Shown here in pieces: positions 51,301-61,229 of a stretch of DNA of 64,000 nucleotides. Position 1 is the stretch's first letter. Each line of letters opens with the position of its first letter. The stretch lies in the IMG/VR virus record IMGVR_UViG_3300021387_000087, one strand, 5' to 3'. The translations under genes and the position numbers were made by a program. The notes beneath the pieces are model-generated. The model did not search any database. It saw nothing but the letters and a program-made list of their open reading frames with translations, and had not been told where the DNA came from. The stretch comes from a virus (taxonomy: Duplodnaviria > Caudoviricetes).

Positions 51301-54300
51301 TCATATTTAAAATCATCAAACAATCCACTTAAAGCATCTACACTGCCAGTCTTTTGTAAAGCTTCCATTACATTGTTTACATCAAGACCAGCCTCTTTAG
51401 CGGCTTTAGACAATTGTTCCATCCCTAAGTAGATAGCGCCCTTTTTGCCTGAAAAATGCATCATTTTACCAACTGCATTGGCGGTATAATCTCCAATATC
51501 ATTAACAGCCGCTATGATGCCTTTGCCCCCTTTTTCAGGTTTGTCAAGTTCAAGTATTTGACCAAGATCAATTTTCCCTGTTGTTTTATCTGTGGCTTCG
51601 TTTATAATATTTTGTATATAGTCATGAACGGTATCAGCATCTAAAAATTCGCCCTTCCCATTTTTAGAATTCTTCATAATAGGAGTAAAGGCTATATCAA
51701 TATTATTAAATTTTTCCGATGTTCCAAATACAGTATCTATACTGCCTTTTTCGGGATTATAGTCCCAAGATTTTAATGCGTCTGCATATTGCTTCTTGGT
51801 TTTTTTATCCCATTTTATTACGGGACGTTCATTCATATTAACGTTGCCGAATTGGGCAGTTGGATATAATCCTTGTAATGGCTCAACTCCGAAACCTTTC
51901 ATTCCCCATTCATATGCTTTTTGTTGTTCATTTAAAAGATTTTCAACGGCATCACGAAGGGTATCAGGAATTTCCTTAGCTGATTTTTTATTTTCTTTTG
52001 GAGTGCCTAAAACGGACTCAACAGCATTCTTTACTTTAGAATCATTAAATTTCTTCTTGATATTATAGGCTTCTATCTGAGTTTGATCAACTTTATCAAA
52101 AATGTCTTCAAATGGACGATTAAATTTTTGATCGCCCATTGCATCGACCACTTCATTGGCAGCCTCTTTTACTTTGTCAAAGGCAGTTTTGGTCTTTTCA
52201 ATTTGGGAAGTATCGCCAGAAACTAGTGCAGCATTATAATTATCTACTGCCTCTTGTGCCTCAACAAGGACTTCGCCAGCGGAAAGATTGTCTTCACCAA
52301 AAGTGCCATTCTTAGCAAAAATGCTTTGTTCAAGAAAAGAGTTGTAATCGTCTTTGTATTTAGAAATTATTTCATCGTTCTCTTGGATGGAAGCGGTTAA
52401 TGAATTCATTAATCCTTCAAAGCCACTGCCGTCCCAATCCTCGCCCATTTCTTCTTTTAATTCCAAAAGACGATTATACAATACGTCCATAGACTCTTCA
52501 GCTTCTAATGCATTACCTGTAAAACGAATACCAATTTCACCAGCATAATCATATTTTCCCCAATTGCCCGTTAAATCTTTTGTTAAAGATTCTATGTCTT
52601 TATCTGACAAAAAGCCACCTGAAGACATATTATATACTTGTCTGTCTTTGGTAAGTTTTTCTTCTGCATTTTCATAATCTCCAGCATTATGCGCAAGATT
52701 AGAACGCGCTTCCTCTGCTTTAATATTACGAAGCTTGTCTAACTGCTCATCTAATTTTCCATTAACAAGATCAACTCCATCAGCACTATGTCCGTATTCA
52801 TCAGTAATTTGTTTTTGTAAATCATATAATTGTTTTTTAATATTTGCTTGTTCTTCTTCGGATAAATTAGTATTTTCTAATTGTTTATGTAAATCTTGAT
52901 ATTGTTGTGTATAGTTATTGAGAGAGTCCTTATTCTCATTCCAAGTATTAGTTAATTCATGTGCTTTATCAATGTGATCTTGTTGTTGTTGATCGAGATA
53001 GTTGAATAATCCGTTTATAATAGTAATAGCTGCAGGAATTGCTATAAGCCAGAACAGGGGACTTGAGGCTAGTCCAGCTAATCCAGTTGCGCCCGCAGCA
53101 GTACCAGCGCTACCCGCACCAGTTGCGACTCCATCAAGACCTTGACTCATACCACCAGATAGTTTCGAGCCAGTTTGAGCATCTTCCGCTTCTTTGTTTG
53201 CAATAGTAGCTAGTGTGTTTTCCTCTGTCTTTTTTGTATTATCTGCAGTTGCGACAGAATCAGTGGTTTCACCAACGGCACCTTCTATATGTGCTGAATT
53301 GTTAGCATTTTCAGCTGTAGTTTCAGCGACTTCAGCAGCCGCTTTCTCTCCAGAAACAGATATACTTTCTTCTTTTAAAGCATTGCCTTCTTCTAGAACA
53401 TCGTTCATTTCTTGTTGGGCTTCTTTTTGTTCTTTTAATGCTTGTATTTCAGGGTTTTCTTTAGCTTTCGCTCGATTTTCTCTTTGATTTTGAATTTGTG
53501 CCCAGCCTTTAAAGATTGATTTATTTTCATCGTCAGATTTGTTACTATCAAAAATTGTTCTGAAAACATCACCTAAAGACTTACTAGTCGCTTTCGCTTC
53601 GTCTAATCGGCTAACAAATTTAACAAGCCAACTATCTGCGGTCATGAGACCTCTAATAATTGTTCCACCATAAAGAAGAGCAAAAGCAGACTGGAGTCCA
53701 CCAACCTCATTTATGACGTTAAGAATAGTAGTACCTAAGTCAATGAACATATTGATGATATCGCGATTAGCGGCATTTGCCCAGAGTTCTTGCCAAGCGT
53801 TTTGAAGTTTTGCAAGGTGCCCAGAGATACTATCTAAATATTTCTGATTTTCTTTCATTGCAGAATTTGCAGCTTTAGTGGAAGAATCTTCGTAGACAGA
53901 TTGAAGAGTTTTAGGGTTCTGAAGAATCGAACTGGCAATAGATGCACGGTTTTTACCTGCAATTGATTCAAGCAACAAGTTCTGACGGTTATCACCAGAT
54001 TTAAGGTCAGCTTGACGGATTTCATCCCAGATTTGGGAGAGACCTAGCATGATTTCATACGTTGATTTGTAGCGACCTAACTCATCTTGAATATCAAAAC
54101 CTTGGTAATTATTAGAAGCTACTTTGGTTGCGTTCATAATCAATTCACGCATCTTAGATTGCGACATAATCATGTCGGACGTATCTTCGCCCATTTCTTC
54201 CAATTCTTCTGCCGCTTCTTTAGTGCCTGTTAAACGAAGCGCGATTGTACGAATACCCTTGCCCGTCTTGGAAGCGTCCTGCGTAATAAGGTTGCCTGCC

Positions 54301-57300
54301 GTTGTCAAAGCAATAGCTTCATCAAGATCATTTCCTGCTGTTGTAAGTGTAGCTGCTCCATCTTGAAGAGCAGTTGCTAATTCATCAGTTGCTATTGCAT
54401 AATTATTACCGATAAGATTCAATCTATCTACGATGTCCATCTTATCGATACCTTTTTCTGCGTCTTCATATGCGGCGCTCATAGCAACCAATGCAGTTGT
54501 TGCGTCATTAATATTGTCAAATTCAGAGACATTAAACAGTACATTTGCAGTTTGCGCTGATTGAGAGGCTTCCTGTAAAGTTTCGCCTAAACGCATCCAG
54601 TCGGCAGTACTCGTTTGTAATTGCGCGGCTGTAGTACCGATATCATTCGCTGTATCAAATGTACTCTTTTGATATTCTCTTAAACTACTCAGACTTTCAT
54701 CTGAAACTTTTTGCATCTCTGTTAATGCATCATCAAGTTCATGGATGATTCCAATACCCTGTTTAAATACGCCAATTACTTCATAAAACGAAACAAAGGA
54801 CAGGAGATAAGTGCCTAAGGATTTAAAACGCTCGGTAAGCATCGAAATAAAAGTGCCGCCTGTATTCCCAGCTTCCTTTTCTGCATTCGCAATATCTCTT
54901 AATTGCTGAACGACATTTGATGCATCAAAACTGTTAATTCCAGTTTGTAATTGACCGATTAATCCGCTCATTTCTGTTCTAGCACTAGATGATATAGCTG
55001 GATTATCGTTTAAAAATTTTTGATAAATTGCTCGTTGTTTTTGTAATTCACTAGGATTAACAATAGAAAAATCTTTTGCGCCATTTTTTATACGATCTAA
55101 GGACTCTTCAAATCCTTTTAAATTAGTTACATATTCTTTTATAATATCAGGATTACCAAGAATTTCTTCAAGTGACATGCCCTGCATTTTCTCAACAATC
55201 TTTTGAAAATTACCAAAAGATTCAGATGCGGAAACAATGTCTTTTTTAAATACCTTAAAAGCCGCATCGCTAAGAGAACCTTGAGCAAACACTTTGTTTA
55301 TTCCTTCAAAATTAGATTGTTTAATAATATTTGTAAATAAATCTCCCCCAAGGATTTTCGTCAAATCATCTTTTGTGCTTTTCGCCTCATGAATAATCTG
55401 TGAGTGAAATTTTTCAAACCCTAACGTTACTTTATCTAAAGCAACCTGTTGATTTAAAACCGCTTTATCGGGCGCGTTTTCACTTAATATACCCGTAAGA
55501 AAATCTGGTCTTTGTATATTGGTTGCCTTTGATATGCGATCTGTATATGTTTTTATGCTTTTATAAATGGCATCTATAGAAGTTGTAGTTGCTTTAGGAT
55601 TACTAATTTCGCCAAATAATTTAGTAATAGCAGTCCCATATCCCGTAAAACTTGCAGGTAAACTTGCCAATAGATTTTTCGACTCTGTAATTGAATCTTT
55701 GGCGGTTTTAAAAGTATTAGTAACCGATTCAATGTCCTGTTTTACCTGTTCCGTCACAGAATTTGTATTAGGATCAAATACTTTGAGAGGCTCATCAGTT
55801 AATGTTTGTTTTATTTGTCTAATTCGTTCTAATGCCTGTTCAACATTTATTAATTGAGCTTCTAAAGCGGGATCAATGACAACTAATTTTTCACTATCTG
55901 CTTTAATCTTTTCTAAATCTTTTTCTAATTTATTTAAATCTGCTATAGGTCTTTTAGTAGCCGATTCAGCTTTGGCTAACGCTTCTTTCTCAGCTTGATC
56001 TTTAGCTGCTTGGGCAGCCGTCTTTTGTGCTTCAACTTGTGCTTTATATGCTTTATCACCAGCAGCGGCACCACTTACATTCTGAGATAACATCTCGGTT
56101 AGTTGCAAGACCTCTTTTAATGCAGAAGCATCCATGAAATTAAAGGTACCGTTTTTCATAGAATCAACGATTTCTTTTAATCTCTCCAATGCCATAGTTG
56201 CACTATCTACATTCTCAACATAACCCCTGATTTCTTCTCCTGGATTATTTATTAATAATTGCATTTTCTGTGTATCATCATTAGGATTATATTGATATGC
56301 TAAATTCAAGTCTTCTAATGCACTTTTTTGTTTTTCATATTCAGCAATAGTCTTAGCAACATAAGAGGCTTGAGCATTCTCTATTGCTTTTAAAGATTCA
56401 ACTTGCTGAGAAGCTGCTTTTGTAAAACTATCACCTAATTGAGCACCAAAGATATTATCTTCAGGTTTAAGAGATGCTTGAGACAGTATTCTTTGTTTTG
56501 TTTCTTCAACATGTTTGGCAGCAGCATCTATTTCTTGTACTGATTTAGCGTCCAAAGCACCTTTTACATCTGTGCTATAACCTTTATATTGCTTACTTAA
56601 AGATTCATCAGCGGCTTTTTGTTGTGCTTTTTCTTCTTCTTTTTTAGCCTTTTCTGCCGCTTTTATTTGCTCTAGTTCAATTCGATTTTTTTGTTTTGTT
56701 TGTTCATCTAATAATTTTTTGTTTTGTGCTTCAGCCTCTTCTGTTCTTTGTTTTCTTTCAGCCTCTAATTGTTTTGCAAGATTATTTTTTTCAGTTTCTA
56801 ACGCTTTCTTTTCAGCCTCTAATGTTTTCTTTTCTTCTGCATTCGCTTTTTGTTGATCGTTAGCCTTTTTGTTCTTATACTTGTCAACTTCAGACTGTAA
56901 TTGCTTTCTAGCCTGTGTTTCTTCATCTAACAGTTTTTTAGTTTTAGCCAACTCCTCATTAGTAGCTTTAGTCTGCTCTTTAGCGACTTCAAGCTGTTCT
57001 GTAAGACCTTTAAACTGCTCATCAAATCCTTGAGAAAATTGAGCTGTATCAATTTGTTGCTTGAGTTCAAAAATCTTTTGAGTAGCCGCTTCTATCTTTT
57101 GAGGAATTTGTTCAAATACTTCTTTTAAACCTGTCAAATTAGAACCGTCAGAAAGAGATGAGAGAGTCGAATTTAAAATATTAAGTTGACCAATAATTTC
57201 TTGAATCTTTCCTGAAATGGCATCTAATACAGCGCTATTATCACCACCAAATATTTGTTTGATTAATTCGGTCGGAGAATTGTCAAGAGCAAAATTCTTT

Positions 57301-60300
57301 GCGCTATCTATAATTGCATCTGGGGCTTGCGTTATTTTAGGAAGAATAGATTGTAAATCAGCACCAGCTTCAATAGCATATTGTTTTAAATCATCTATTC
57401 TCCTTTTGTATGCTTCCATTTTTTCTTCGTTGGTAGATTTTTTATCGTCTAAAACATCTTGCGTAGACCAAAGAGTTTTAAAATAATTATCTCCACCATT
57501 GCGTTTCAGCATACCCTCCCAATTTTGTCCTAAATTATTAGAAAAATATTTTTCCAAAGATTCTGCTTGTGATCGTAATTCTTTTAAAGCCTGCCTATCT
57601 TTCGCAGCTTGTTGCTGGATAGCATTACCTGTGTTTGAAATATTAAAATTAAACCCTAAATCTTTTTGAGAGATCGTTTGTAAACTATCAGCAATAGTTT
57701 GAATCTGTGATAACAAATTTGGTAATCCAGAATTGTCATCAACTGCTCCAATAGCAGATTGCACACTTGCCAAAGATGCAACAAGTGCTATAACTTCTTC
57801 ATTTAATGTTTCAAACTGACTAATTAACGGATTAATATCTAATCCATTTTGTAAATCAACTTTAAGCCCACCCTCAGCTTGAACAGCAGACATTACTTTA
57901 CTCACTTGTTGACCTGCTTCAACAATTTGTCCCATTGCTTCGGCTATTTTTGTCAATTGTTCTGTAGTGCCAGCAGAGTCAGAACTTTTTCCCATTTGGT
58001 TAATTGTATTAGATACTTGGGTTAATAAAGTTTGAATTTTTTGAGTAGTATTAATAGTATTTTGTAATTCTTCAGGATCAAAACCAAATTTTGCTTTTAA
58101 TGCGGCTTTAGATTCTTCTTCAATACTTTTAGCACTCGCTTCTGCTGATGCTTTAACATCTTTGTTTGCATCAACAAATGCTTGTTTGGCTTCAGCGGCA
58201 CTTATAAATTTAAAAGTAAGATTATCAGCGTCATCCCCTTCTTTTTGCATTCCCTTGATATTGTCCGTCTTCACAGGTGTCTCTGGGTGAGTAGGGGGTA
58301 CCTCTGGTTTCGGTGCTGGTGTAGGATTCGCTGGTGTGCTAGGTGGCTGCGCATTATTGGCATTTTGACGAGAAGTCGCCAACCTATCTTGCGCATCAGC
58401 ATCCGCATTAGCCGCATCTGCTTCTTCTCGCATAGCTGTAGCCGCACCTTGTGCTGTTTCAGCGGCCTGTTGCCCCACTTGATTTCCTTGCTGTTGTGCT
58501 TGAGATAACCCTTCAACAGCACCTGTCGCACGAGTTGCTGATTCGTCTAAAGATTCAGTTGGTATTTCTCCATTTTGATTTGTTAAGTCGTTTAAGGCAT
58601 TTTGAGTTTGCTGTATTCGTCCCTCCCAATATGATATTTTTTGTTCTAAGGAATCAGCAAACTCTTGAAAACTGTCTATGGTAATAACATCACTGTCTTC
58701 AGCCCATTTTGCAATTAGCGCGTTTTGATGATCAAATAAAGATCCGGGGTCAAAATTGTCCTTATCACTAAGAATTTTATTAACTTCATCACGGGCTTCC
58801 TTTAATTTTTCTTGGATATTTTTATAAGTACTAATATATTTTTCTAATTGCTCTTCCGTTGCGTGTTCGTCCGTCTCTCCACTGCCCGCCTCTTCATTTG
58901 GAATTTCTATTGATGTTGGAGACATCTGCCTAATTGTCTCATTAATTTCTTTTACTTTTTCTTGTCTTGCTTCAATTTGTTCTTTTAAATTATCTAATTT
59001 TTCCTGAGCATCTTCACCATAGCTTTCCAGAGCGCCAAATGAAGCACCCGTTTCACCTGATGATTCCCAATATTGTGCTAAATCTCTAATAACATCATTA
59101 TCAGAGTCATACATATGTTCTAAAACAATTTCAGCTTCAGACCTAAATTTAGTCGCTGATTCACCCTCATTTATTGATTCAACAATATTTTGAATGGCAG
59201 AATTCAGTTCTTGCTGTTCTTGGTATTGTCTTTCAAGTTCTTCAAGCTCTTCTTCTAATGCTTTTCTTTGTTGTTCTAATTGTCCAACATCAACTATTTC
59301 TTGAGTATCAGGCGTTGATTCTGGCGTTACCTTTGCTGGTTTTGATTCTTCTGCTTGGATGTTCGCAATTTGTTCATTTATTGCTCTTTTTTGCGATTCA
59401 GTCTCAGCAATTGTGTTTAGGAGATTTTGTAGTTCAGTAGAATTTTCAATCCATCTTTGTTTTAGATTGGTTATATGCTCTCGGAGACCATCAGTATTAA
59501 ACTCTTTTTCGCCACCAAATTCTCTTGCTAATCTTTCTGCCAACGACTCTTTTTTATCCCATGTTTTAAGTTTATCTAAGTTAGAGGGCATATTTTTGCC
59601 ATTATTACCCCCTATCATATTTTGGTAAGCCTTATAATATTCAATCCATGCTAAATCTTTATTTGATTCATCGGCCTCATCATACGCTTGCTGTTTTTCC
59701 CATAATTGTTTTTTTGATGCTGATACGCCCTTTTGTTCATAATTTCCATTAATTACATCAACAATCGCTGTATTTTCTTTTTCTAATTCTTCTTTTGCCC
59801 TTTGTAATTCATCAGCTTGTTTTTCTACTTCTTGACGCTGTTTGGTTAAATGATCAACATCTCCCTCTAGCTTATCAGTAAAAACAGACGGATCTACCAT
59901 TCCTTCAATATTTTCAGCGCTAGAATCAACGCCAGTTTTTCCATATGTGTTTAATAAGTTTTTAAAGGCTTGAGAAATTTGTGCTTTTCTTCTAGCTTCA
60001 TCATCTCTTTGTTTTTTTTCTTCTGAACGATTATCAGCCGTTTTTTCTGCAAGAGACTCTAACCAATTTGTAACAGTATCATCATATCTTAAATCAGCAG
60101 GTTCTTCGTCAGGTGCAATTATATTAAATAACTGATCCCAGTCAAGCGTATTAGCTTTATCATACTCTTGAATGGTTGATTCAATCTGTTTAGAACGCTC
60201 TCCTTGAACCATTTCACGAAGACGGGATAAAAGAGCTGGGATGTCTTTTTGTTCATATTGACTCGCATTTAACTTCTCTCGTATATCATCTCTTGTTTTA

Positions 60301-61199
60301 CTTGCTTTCTCTATTTTTGAACGTAAATCACCAATAATATTAGTAACATCTTCTTGTGTATATTTACCACCTTTTTCCGAACTTGTGATTGCAGAAATAA
60401 TCTCGTCAAGACGATTTTCTGCGGTCGCATATGCTTTCTGTTGTTCCTCGTTTTTAGGATTCTGCTTTGCAATATATTTTAAACGTTCAGTTAAAGCAGC
60501 CGCTCTTCGCAAATCTGATTTGGTAAAAGAATCAGTTTTCCCACCCGCTTTTAGCCACAGGTCTTCAACTTGCTGTGATGATGCTGTACCGCCTATCATA
60601 TAAGGCATAACATCTTTATAATCTGTTGAAATAGACACATTGCTCATCATTTGGACAATATCTTTTATTGTTTCATCAGCATGCTGACCTAACGCATTTC
60701 GATATTGTGCCTTGAATTTTTGGGTGTCTCTTTTCCCCATACCAAAAGATTCGATAGCCTCATCAAAAATTGAGGCTCCTAAAATTTGTTGAGCAATCTC
60801 CTCCCCAGGTTTAATTTTCTCCCATTTCGAGGCACCTGTTTTAGAAAATTCTGAGCTATAATAATATGGGATCTCTTCTATGCCCCTTCTAAAACCCTCA
60901 ATAATTTGTACTTTAACGCTTTCCGCTAAATCTCCATCGGCTAAAACTTGAGTTAAAGGAGGAATTACATTACTCCAATCCAAATCTTTAAATTTACTAT
61001 TAGACAATAATTCATTGATTTTGCCCAATTCACTTTCAGCCTGTTCTGCTAATTTTTTATCGTTAAAACCTACATCCAATTCATAGTCTTTAAGATTGCC
61101 TTTTAGTCCATTTTTAAGTTGACTAGCAATTTGTTTATAATTATCAATTAACTCAACTGCTAATGATATCTTACCAGTCGCAACACCCTGTCCAGCCAT
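45318..61199 (-). CDS. Giant tape measure protein (5293 aa) with C-terminal cell-wall-binding repeats
   Basis: TP901-type core (LDDALTEMQKV...IGNNYAI...GIRTIALRL), TM segments, long coiled coils, FAKGT...VDEEGQE motif. Confidence 0.92.
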   Translation of the reverse strand: MAGQGVATGKISLAVELIDNYKQIASQLKNGLKGNLKDYELDVGFNDKKLAEQAESELGKINELLSNSKFKDLDWSNVIPPLTQVLADGDLAESVKVQIIEGFRRGIEEIPYYYSSEFSKTGASKWEKIKPGEEIAQQILGASIFDEAIESFGMGKRDTQKFKAQYRNALGQHADETIKDIVQMMSNVSISTDYKDVMPYMIGGTASSQQVEDLWLKAGGKTDSFTKSDLRRAAALTERLKYIAKQNPKNEEQQKAYATAENRLDEIISAITSSEKGGKYTQEDVTNIIGDLRSKIEKASKTRDDIREKLNASQYEQKDIPALLSRLREMVQGERSKQIESTIQEYDKANTLDWDQLFNIIAPDEEPADLRYDDTVTNWLESLAEKTADNRSEEKKQRDDEARRKAQISQAFKNLLNTYGKTGVDSSAENIEGMVDPSVFTDKLEGDVDHLTKQRQEVEKQADELQRAKEELEKENTAIVDVINGNYEQKGVSASKKQLWEKQQAYDEADESNKDLAWIEYYKAYQNMIGGNNGKNMPSNLDKLKTWDKKESLAERLAREFGGEKEFNTDGLREHITNLKQRWIENSTELQNLLNTIAETESQKRAINEQIANIQAEESKPAKVTPESTPDTQEIVDVGQLEQQRKALEEELEELERQYQEQQELNSAIQNIVESINEGESATKFRSEAEIVLEHMYDSDNDVIRDLAQYWESSGETGASFGALESYGEDAQEKLDNLKEQIEARQEKVKEINETIRQMSPTSIEIPNEEAGSGETDEHATEEQLEKYISTYKNIQEKLKEARDEVNKILSDKDNFDPGSLFDHQNALIAKWAEDSDVITIDSFQEFADSLEQKISYWEGRIQQTQNALNDLTNQNGEIPTESLDESATRATGAVEGLSQAQQQGNQVGQQAAETAQGAATAMREEADAANADADAQDRLATSRQNANNAQPPSTPANPTPAPKPEVPPTHPETPVKTDNIKGMQKEGDDADNLTFKFISAAEAKQAFVDANKDVKASAEASAKSIEEESKAALKAKFGFDPEELQNTINTTQKIQTLLTQVSNTINQMGKSSDSAGTTEQLTKIAEAMGQIVEAGQQVSKVMSAVQAEGGLKVDLQNGLDINPLISQFETLNEEVIALVASLASVQSAIGAVDDNSGLPNLLSQIQTIADSLQTISQKDLGFNFNISNTGNAIQQQAAKDRQALKELRSQAESLEKYFSNNLGQNWEGMLKRNGGDNYFKTLWSTQDVLDDKKSTNEEKMEAYKRRIDDLKQYAIEAGADLQSILPKITQAPDAIIDSAKNFALDNSPTELIKQIFGGDNSAVLDAISGKIQEIIGQLNILNSTLSSLSDGSNLTGLKEVFEQIPQKIEAATQKIFELKQQIDTAQFSQGFDEQFKGLTEQLEVAKEQTKATNEELAKTKKLLDEETQARKQLQSEVDKYKNKKANDQQKANAEEKKTLEAEKKALETEKNNLAKQLEAERKQRTEEAEAQNKKLLDEQTKQKNRIELEQIKAAEKAKKEEEKAQQKAADESLSKQYKGYSTDVKGALDAKSVQEIDAAAKHVEETKQRILSQASLKPEDNIFGAQLGDSFTKAASQQVESLKAIENAQASYVAKTIAEYEKQKSALEDLNLAYQYNPNDDTQKMQLLINNPGEEIRGYVENVDSATMALERLKEIVDSMKNGTFNFMDASALKEVLQLTEMLSQNVSGAAAGDKAYKAQVEAQKTAAQAAKDQAEKEALAKAESATKRPIADLNKLEKDLEKIKADSEKLVVIDPALEAQLINVEQALERIRQIKQTLTDEPLKVFDPNTNSVTEQVKQDIESVTNTFKTAKDSITESKNLLASLPASFTGYGTAITKLFGEISNPKATTTSIDAIYKSIKTYTDRISKATNIQRPDFLTGILSENAPDKAVLNQQVALDKVTLGFEKFHSQIIHEAKSTKDDLTKILGGDLFTNIIKQSNFEGINKVFAQGSLSDAAFKVFKKDIVSASESFGNFQKIVEKMQGMSLEEILGNPDIIKEYVTNLKGFEESLDRIKNGAKDFSIVNPSELQKQRAIYQKFLNDNPAISSSARTEMSGLIGQLQTGINSFDASNVVQQLRDIANAEKEAGNTGGTFISMLTERFKSLGTYLLSFVSFYEVIGVFKQGIGIIHELDDALTEMQKVSDESLSSLREYQKSTFDTANDIGTTAAQLQTSTADWMRLGETLQEASQSAQTANVLFNVSEFDNINDATTALVAMSAAYEDAEKGIDKMDIVDRLNLIGNNYAIATDELATALQDGAATLTTAGNDLDEAIALTTAGNLITQDASKTGKGIRTIALRLTGTKEAAEELEEMGEDTSDMIMSQSKMRELIMNATKVASNNYQGFDIQDELGRYKSTYEIMLGLSQIWDEIRQADLKSGDNRQNLLLESIAGKNRASIASSILQNPKTLQSVYEDSSTKAANSAMKENQKYLDSISGHLAKLQNAWQELWANAANRDIINMFIDLGTTILNVINEVGGLQSAFALLYGGTIIRGLMTADSWLVKFVSRLDEAKATSKSLGDVFRTIFDSNKSDDENKSIFKGWAQIQNQRENRAKAKENPEIQALKEQKEAQQEMNDVLEEGNALKEESISVSGEKAAAEVAETTAENANNSAHIEGAVGETTDSVATADNTKKTEENTLATIANKEAEDAQTGSKLSGGMSQGLDGVATGAGSAGTAAGATGLAGLASSPLFWLIAIPAAITIINGLFNYLDQQQQDHIDKAHELTNTWNENKDSLNNYTQQYQDLHKQLENTNLSEEEQANIKKQLYDLQKQITDEYGHSADGVDLVNGKLDEQLDKLRNIKAEEARSNLAHNAGDYENAEEKLTKDRQVYNMSSGGFLSDKDIESLTKDLTGNWGKYDYAGEIGIRFTGNALEAEESMDVLYNRLLELKEEMGEDWDGSGFEGLMNSLTASIQENDEIISKYKDDYNSFLEQSIFAKNGTFGEDNLSAGEVLVEAQEAVDNYNAALVSGDTSQIEKTKTAFDKVKEAANEVVDAMGDQKFNRPFEDIFDKVDQTQIEAYNIKKKFNDSKVKNAVESVLGTPKENKKSAKEIPDTLRDAVENLLNEQQKAYEWGMKGFGVEPLQGLYPTAQFGNVNMNERPVIKWDKKTKKQYADALKSWDYNPEKGSIDTVFGTSEKFNNIDIAFTPIMKNSKNGKGEFLDADTVHDYIQNIINEATDKTTGKIDLGQILELDKPEKGGKGIIAAVNDIGDYTANAVGKMMHFSGKKGAIYLGMEQLSKAAKEAGLDVNNVMEALQKTGSVDALSGLFDDFKYDVTDIEGYLSNLSNLPPEVASDIQTIADAFGITAESSQESINAVAELLGRLGYIATTSLDEAGESFDKFAQKASGWIEETSNLSSTLSKGQGFLTFTKTQDDQGHEIASEVKAIADAYKDLPNYDYASLFEETAGGIMVNADALRALQSQEESMRHAEFYEKRQELMEKFTASSGAVADAYREEIEQLDMLWSAYSGATSALSKYQNGHGSADYSTNYKLFRDQIFKEGDAYLESGETGEEGFRRIAQLFSYKDLALASVKEVEAAYEQGADTMQKFFTEDPTQGANLWIDEIMSWPEEYAEISTNAAGETVMTMTDKNLDAVAEHYGVSKDLILSLMNELNATGSRVHFFTDGQMQQLDKVTEQAEAAKQRLIDLKKTGTDPALAHANLFDFDVATLSAEELESKIKEIQDLKANPDISTETASALDDLLQSMIERLDIINGKHVEPDMEINVDTLDYAKEITGDLNERLDSIKENSKLGFDISIKDDKKIQEFAQQFSQLPEKIQMAYDFTPTNDPEEIIKQIENKYANGVEIKISPVLDNSHIQGYYKDGHAPIGADLITVGVGVDPASEEAAKQEVADTIGSAEPDVGVHAHLASSAEDLKPLTTLGFNGEADFQMNLSADASQANEVIEETKEEATKETEMPLVLKAENTAQDAANQAGVQQGVQTTNHETTIKDEQINTTVTSDTSQVDAANQTVSNLKAMSGSNVSIGLSVDGIEDVDKAKDSIDNLTSQKNPKVKVTINGNSAQFNKTSSDVTNKLNALGKKVTTPKISADNSRLSSKVSDSKSKLSSIKDKTARITASQVGFSTISSWKSSVYDKLSNKTITIKTKYTTEGKPNNGGGFQGSAHNQGTVISKGHAYAGGTLSGDWGLPKAEKGALVNELGSEVIVTPDGHWQILNGGDPTFANLPKGSIIFNHKQSESLLKKGYVNGSHGKMVGGAFANGTVDDEDFDEDELEGKAFAAGTAKWDGQLSGMSHAAGGTLKKASKKSRKGSTSSSSSSKKSSGSGKKSSGKSGKKSSGNSSSNKSSKDNLQTLDAIEIRLNRIDALISQLDTNAAKTYSTFANRNSALVQDLATVQKEINAINSSLSSKSHVYNYLSKASAAAKEAGLKSGDEGYKKGSQGASGTALSQTWIKRIQNSVNSGQYFTINDVRDEGLWKKIQAYQTWYEKYVKMQQKLQDQINKLSQLTIQQLTLIQTKWETTINNIGANITSLQNRIDLVTERGYDVAENYYSSQITENQNKIKALNSEASELQAQLNAAVKAGRIQQYSEEWYKWYIQIKNINNEVIAVNKEIQSLVNSIRQLRWDKFERGQDELSNLADEMEFLGDLINEIDLFDKDTGLVTDKGKAAFALEAQRYDIYIKQAKKYGEAVKRLNADIAKDPNNKTLIDQRNEWLKAQQDAISNAHSQKEAIADLVEKGIKKQIEVMEDLIDKYEDALDAEKEQQKYAESIAKKQKEINSLQKQLKSMEGDDSEEGATKRQKLRDQLKEAQKDLEDTQEDQRISDIKDALSTMQEKYEEVLNARLDNIDALLTEVVSGVNQSGADIVSTLKDVASSVDYSLSGSLNNIYTGVQNLSANVANVAGQVGALVTATSTSNGSVDNTSATTYAKTPTPTVPTTPTVADYTPKSTASSSTAAKSTTTPAKTTAKAKNGFITEGGKTYYYKNDKKQTGWQKVGGNWYYMNSSGAMTTGWQKVGGKWYYLSTKNGAMLKDVQKIGNTYYLLDKTTGALKSNYTGLYKTGSSTYYFKSGTIQTGWRDMKEGRRYFSVNSGKMLTGRQKIGNDEYYFNSNGILQIGKFNVDGYTFETDKNGKIKKRTKTAGGNALKSSSNNSNKAVSTAASKGLKIQGGFAKGTKNVNRAGMYRVDEEGQEVFINKNGKIYTRLNKGTAVLPHDAAVNLLKGMSNPVDFIASHMDMRPNKNITNTNNTTGDIVNNITFNIPNVTNYKEFMQEAQRDPNFTKYIQELSIGRLNGNNSLKGNSIRFR

Positions 61200-61229
61200 T
61201 GTAACGCACCTCCTTTCACATTATATTTA

